This document shows, one piece after another, positions 27,474 through 32,000 of a stretch of DNA of 32,000 nt. Position 1 is the first letter of the stretch; each line of letters starts with the position of its first letter. The notes below the pieces were generated by a model. It was not told the origin of the DNA and did no database searches. It worked only from the letters and a program-made list of their open reading frames with translations. A program made the translations under genes and the position numbers. The stretch comes from Synechococcus elongatus PCC 6301 (lineage in GTDB: Bacteria > Cyanobacteriota > Cyanobacteriia > Synechococcales > Synechococcaceae), in contig NC_006576.1 of assembly GCF_000010065.1 (NCBI RefSeq), positions 1,470,001-1,502,000 of the forward strand. The letters are read 5' to 3'.

Positions 27474-29051
27474 GTGAAAAAACGCAATGCTCTTATTTTC
27501 GCAGTTGGAACCAGTGTGTTTGCTATCGCTTTACCAACTCTAATCTCAATCAATATTGCTAGCAGAGAAGCATTAATTGGTGAGCAGAATTATATGCTGG
27601 CTACTGCTCGGGGGTTGCTTCGTAGCTCAGAGAAAGCAGCAGATCAAGTTGATAAAGGTTTTAAAGAGTTACGAGCCCTTCAGTCTGTTCAGACCTGCGA
27701 TCCAGAGCAGATTCAGGTCATGAGGAAGATTGACCTTGCCTCAGCTTATATTCAAGCAATTGGCTATGTTTCTGGTAACAAGCTAGTTTGCTCTTCAATG
27801 GGGAAAGATTCACTTGACTTAGGTCCTGTGGACATTGTTCAGCCTAGCGGAGCAAAGCTCAGGCGTAATGTTGAATTTGATTTTGCTAAAGGGCTTAAAT
27901 TTATTGTAATTGAACGGGATAGTTTTGCAGCAGTTATTCAGAAGGATGTGCCACTTGATATTTCCAAAGATATAGAAAATATATCAATTACAACTTTATC
28001 AAAATCTAATCCTGAGACCCTGACAGCTCGTGGTTTCATAGATCCTAAGTGGATTTCAGCCCTCAACAATCAGCAAGAATCCACTTTTATCGACAAGGGA
28101 CATATCATTGCAGCTGTCTCCTCTCAACGTTATTTTTTAGGCGCAGTTGTAGCTACTCCAGTCACTGGACTAGCATCAAGAACACGAGCAATTGCATGGA
28201 TAATTGTGCCTGTGGGTATTTTGGCAGGCATTATCCTTTGGCTTTCAGTTATCTACTTTTTAAGAGGCCAGTTGGCTTTGCCCGCAGTCATAAAAACTGC
28301 AATCAAACGTCGTGAATTTTTTCTTACCTATCAGCCAATAGTTAACCTTCAAACAGGAGATTGGGTTGGAGCTGAAGCACTTGTACGTTGGAAACGCCCC
28401 GATGGCAAGACTATGGCTCCTGATATTTTTATCCCTGTCGCAGAAGATAGTGGATTAATTCAACTGATTACTGAATATATTGTTGAAACACTGTCTCGGG
28501 AGGCGATCGGTTTCTTTGATGAGTTTCCAAGATTTCATATTGGTATCAATCTATCGGCCGCAGATCTGCATACCCCGCAGACAGTTTCTCTAATGCGTAA
28601 GGTCGCCAAGGCCACGAGTGCAAAACCAGGAAGTCTAATTGTGGAAGCCACAGAACGTGGCTTTACAGACCCTAAGCTTGCAAATGGAGTAATCAGCAGT
28701 TTACGAGCTGATGGAATACAAGTTGCTATTGATGATTTTGGGACAGGCTACTCAAGCTTGTCTTATTTAGAAAATCTTGAGCTTGATTACCTCAAAATAG
28801 ATAAGTCTTTCGTCGATACAATTGGCAGGGATACAGCAACTAGCAACGTCGTCACACATATCATTGAGATAGCCAAAACGCTGGATTTGATGATGGTTGC
28901 TGAAGGAGTAGAGACAGAATTGCAAGCTAATTTTTTGCGCAATCGTGGGGTTCAATATGCTCAAGGATGGTTCTTTGCAAAGCCAATGCTTTTTCCTGAA
29001 TTATATTCAAAACTTAGAGCTAGAGCTATGCGCAGCTACTCTGAGGCTTGA
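27474..29051 (+). CDS. CSS-motif sensor plus EAL-domain c-di-GMP phosphodiesterase
   Basis: GTG start. Two TM helices flank a periplasmic region containing KLVCSSMG. EAL domain signatures: GAEALVRWKRPDG, GINLSAADL, VEATERG, AIDDFGTGYSSLSYLENL, LDYLKIDKSFVD, MVAEGVET, QGWFFAKPM. Confidence 0.92.
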   Translation: MKKRNALIFAVGTSVFAIALPTLISINIASREALIGEQNYMLATARGLLRSSEKAADQVDKGFKELRALQSVQTCDPEQIQVMRKIDLASAYIQAIGYVSGNKLVCSSMGKDSLDLGPVDIVQPSGAKLRRNVEFDFAKGLKFIVIERDSFAAVIQKDVPLDISKDIENISITTLSKSNPETLTARGFIDPKWISALNNQQESTFIDKGHIIAAVSSQRYFLGAVVATPVTGLASRTRAIAWIIVPVGILAGIILWLSVIYFLRGQLALPAVIKTAIKRREFFLTYQPIVNLQTGDWVGAEALVRWKRPDGKTMAPDIFIPVAEDSGLIQLITEYIVETLSREAIGFFDEFPRFHIGINLSAADLHTPQTVSLMRKVAKATSAKPGSLIVEATERGFTDPKLANGVISSLRADGIQVAIDDFGTGYSSLSYLENLELDYLKIDKSFVDTIGRDTATSNVVTHIIEIAKTLDLMMVAEGVETELQANFLRNRGVQYAQGWFFAKPMLFPELYSKLRARAMRSYSEA

Positions 29052-29530
29052 ACACAACTGATAATTTGTCAAACTTGATATTTAATGGAAGGTTTTTTGC
29101 GGGATTATTATACTTTTTGATTTTACACAAGAAAACCATTAGAAGCTATTCCTAGGACAGCCAAAGAGGCGGCTGAGATAGGGAGTATTGTTAATATCTT
29201 TCTGCCTTCAAGGAAGTTGGCGAGCTCCCATAGGACAAGGACATTAATTGACTTGCATTAGATGGCTGGGGCAGCTTGATAACTAGCCCCGCTACCGCTG
29301 AAATCGACTACAAAAAGACAGCAATTATTTCAACAATACTCATTTAAACCAAGATATTTCTTTAGCGCTGACCTCACCGTATGGACTGAAATTGTTCAAG
29401 CGTCAGTCCGGATTTAAAGTCCGACTGCCCCTTGTTGAACCACCGTCTCCAGTCCACCGATCGCATGACACCTGCGTGCGATCGCTTGGGCGAAGGCCAG
29501 AATTTCTGCCGAGTCCAGAGAGAATTAAAA

Positions 29531-29740
<210 letters not shown>

Positions 29741-30879
29741 GGCGCTCCCGCTGGTGGGCGAGGGTCATGCGTTTGCGGCTGCCCAGATTGCACGAATTGG
29801 CCCTCGACAGGTGCTGCCCTCCGGCGGTTTTCTCAATCAAGACTGGCGGCAATTGCTGCGCGATTTGGCAGGTGGCCTAACGGGACTGACCTTTGGGCAA
29901 TGGCAGGCCGTGCGGCAGTGGTCCGAGTCGGGTAGCGCGGTGCTGGCGGTTGGCGATATTGTGCCGCTGCTGTTTGCCTGGGCCAGCGATCGCCCCTTTG
30001 CTTTTGTGGCGACAGCGAAGTCGGACTACTACTGGCGGGATGAACAGGGGCTGTTGCCGATCTCGAATCCGACAATGCTGTGGTCGCGCTGGCAGCGCAG
30101 CTACTTTGACCCTTGGGATCGCTGGTTGATGAAGCATCCGCGCTGTCGAGCCGTTTTCCCACGCGATCGCCTGACGGCTGAGGGGTTACAGCAGCTTGGG
30201 GTACCGGCGATCGCAGTCGGTAATCCGATGATGGACGGCCTCGAGGCACCGGAAGCTGCAGCTTGGTCCCCCCTTTTGCCGACGGGATCGCGTTGGTTGC
30301 TGTTGCCAGGTTCTCGGCCGCCGGAAGCTCAGCGAAATTGGTCGCAGATCATTGATGCACTGCCGGTTGATCCCGACCGCGCTTTTGTGGCGTTGGCGGC
30401 GATCGCGCCTTCCTTGCCGCTAGCGGAGTTCACGCAAGGTCTCAGCGATCGCGGTTGGCAACCTGCGGCTAGTCCGATTCCCGAGGCGATCGCCTTTCAA
30501 AAAGGAGCAGGTTGGTGCCTACTGGGGCAGCGGAATTTCGCGCCGTTTCTACAACTTGCCGAGGGCGCGATCGGAATGGCTGACACCGCGACAGAGCAAT
30601 GCGTGGGGCTCGGTAAGCCCGCTTTCACGATCGCGGGACAGGGGCCGCAGTTCACCCGTGGGTTCGCAGAAGCGCAGACTCGCTTGTTGGGGCAATCGGT
30701 GCAGTTACTCTCTCAACCTTCGGACTTCCTAACCGCATGGGAGGCTTATCAAGCCGATCTAGCCATGCAAGAAGCGACCGCAACCAATGGACGCTTACGT
30801 CTTGGAGAAGCGGGGGCAGCAGCCCGGATTGCCGAGGTCCTGCGATCGCAGCTGCTAGAGTCAGCGTGATTTATTCCTG

Positions 30880-31374
30880 TTGCGCCCTATGAGTTTGGCG
30901 GAAGACGAGCGCTTTATGCGACGGGCGATCGCGCTGAGTCGGCAAGCAGGATTGATCGATTGTACGGGCGGGCCTTTTGGCTGTGTAATCACTCGCAACG
31001 GCGAGATCATCGCGGAAGGCTTCAATCAAGTCCTGACTGAAAGGGACCCGACTTGGCATGCTGAAATCGCCGCCATTCGACAAGCTTGCCAGCACCTACA
31101 AACTGTTGATTTATCGGGATGCACGCTCTACACCAGCGCGGAACCCTGTCCGATGTGTGCGGCAGCCGTTTACTGGGCCAAGCTCGAGCGCCTTGTTTTT
31201 GCGACCCGCTGCTCTGACACTGCTGCCTACGCCGAGTTTGATGACAGCACTATCTATGCTGAGATCCAAAAGCCAGCCCGCGATCGCACAATTCCCCATC
31301 AAGAACTGCTGCGATCGGAAGCTCAGATCGTTTGGCAAGACTATCAGCAACAACGCGATCGCACCCCGAATTGA
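30880..31374 (+). CDS. Nucleoside (guanine/cytidine-type) deaminase
   Basis: WHAEIAAIRQA and SAEPCPMCAAAVYWA: the HAE...PCxxC zinc site of the deaminase superfamily. Confidence 0.85.
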   Translation: MRPMSLAEDERFMRRAIALSRQAGLIDCTGGPFGCVITRNGEIIAEGFNQVLTERDPTWHAEIAAIRQACQHLQTVDLSGCTLYTSAEPCPMCAAAVYWAKLERLVFATRCSDTAAYAEFDDSTIYAEIQKPARDRTIPHQELLRSEAQIVWQDYQQQRDRTPN

Positions 31375-31550
31375 GGGCTGAGCGATCGCTCCTGATTGCT
31401 AACGATCCATCAACTCGCTCCGACCAGTCTCTAGACTGACCCCTCACGCTGGCAAAGATTGCACTGTCTAGTGTCTAGGGATCAGGCTGCAGCCGACTGA
31501 AATGGAGCAGCAATTTTTTGCAGCCAAAGAAAAGAAAATAGTGTTAACGT

Positions 31551-31579
31551 CTTGCATTAATTCGTCGCAATTAATCAAG
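31551..31579. promoter_or_regulatory. Strong inverted repeat just upstream of the ORF at 31590
   Basis: CTTG-c-ATTAATT (31551-31562) / CGTCGC loop / AATTAATCAAG (31569-31579): 11 paired bases with one bulged C. Confidence 0.5.
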
Positions 31580-31589
31580 AACTATTACG

Positions 31590-32000
31590 ATGCTGCAGAA
31601 AGTGACTCGCTTCTTGGGAATCCTTGCGCCACTTTGCTTAGCATCTTCGCTGTCTGCTGCGCCGCCCCCTGAAACCTTTGCCATCCGATCGACTGCAGAC
31701 CTCGAGCGTCTGTTAGCCGGTCTCAGCCGCGATCGCGATGCAGGCGCCCGCCAAGAAATTCAAGCCTTGATGGCGGTTCTTCTCGAAAAAGGGGTTCCCG
31801 TCCGCTATCAGCCCAACGGAGAACTGGGGCCCGGCCAGCGCTTTGTCCGTTTCGGCGTCTTTTCCACCAGCGGTCAACTGACCCTGACCGATCAGCCGCT
31901 GCGGGATACACGGACACTCTTGACTACGCTGCGCCATGAAGCTTGGCATGCCGTGCAAGCCTGCGCCACCAATGGCCGTCCTCGGGGACAACTCAAGCCG
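31590..32000 (+). CDS. Putative exported protein with HExxH motif (3'-truncated by window edge)
   Basis: Not in the ORF track because it has no stop before the window ends. Translation MLQKVTRFLGILAPLCLASSLSAAPPPETF... with a signal-peptide-like N-terminus; TLRHEAWHAVQACATNG contains HEAWH. Confidence 0.7.
   Translation, partial: MLQKVTRFLGILAPLCLASSLSAAPPPETFAIRSTADLERLLAGLSRDRDAGARQEIQALMAVLLEKGVPVRYQPNGELGPGQRFVRFGVFSTSGQLTLTDQPLRDTRTLLTTLRHEAWHAVQACATNGRPRGQLKP

Noticed and set aside
31419-31432. Short palindrome CAGTCTCTAGACTG between the deaminase and HExxH genes
   Set aside because: Six-bp arms with a 2-nt spacer are common by chance and too tight to form a good hairpin; not reported as a regulatory element.

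Overview
This 32 kb window is cyanobacterial chromosome. Gene content, the NtcA sequence and very frequent GCGATCGC (HIP1) octamers suggest Synechococcus elongatus PCC 7942/6301 or a close relative; that identification is from recognition, not a search. Most of it is housekeeping sequence: ogt, an ABA4-like gene, pdhB-secD-secF, ilvB, hemH, an M23 peptidase, an O-antigen-ligase-like gene, a YaaW-like gene, an FAD oxidoreductase, a RuvX-like gene, a DUF3084 gene, ntcA, fabI, hisB, methyltransferases, a lipid-A-disaccharide-synthase-related gene and a deaminase. Four features deserve follow-up. (1) A ~2.45 kb AT-rich segment (about 27083-29530) with no HIP1 site in its first ~2.4 kb. It carries a CSS-type sensor plus EAL c-di-GMP phosphodiesterase and is bracketed by two ~210 bp direct repeats. 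Each repeat contains tRNA-Cys(GCA) plus the first ~30 codons of the neighbouring gene; the left copy has mismatched tRNA stems and a truncated gene start. (2) A 941-aa protein that appears to join a NapH/CcoG-like membrane Fe-S module, a long helical middle and a C-terminal cyclic-nucleotide-binding-like domain. (3) An acetolactate synthase large subunit ending in a zinc-ribbon-like CxxC...CxxC tail. (4) An unlisted 34-aa single-TM ORF upstream of pdhB, a lone tyrosine recombinase next to hemH, and an unlisted secreted HExxH ORF running off the right edge behind a strong inverted repeat. No CRISPR array, rRNA or recognisable transposase was found.
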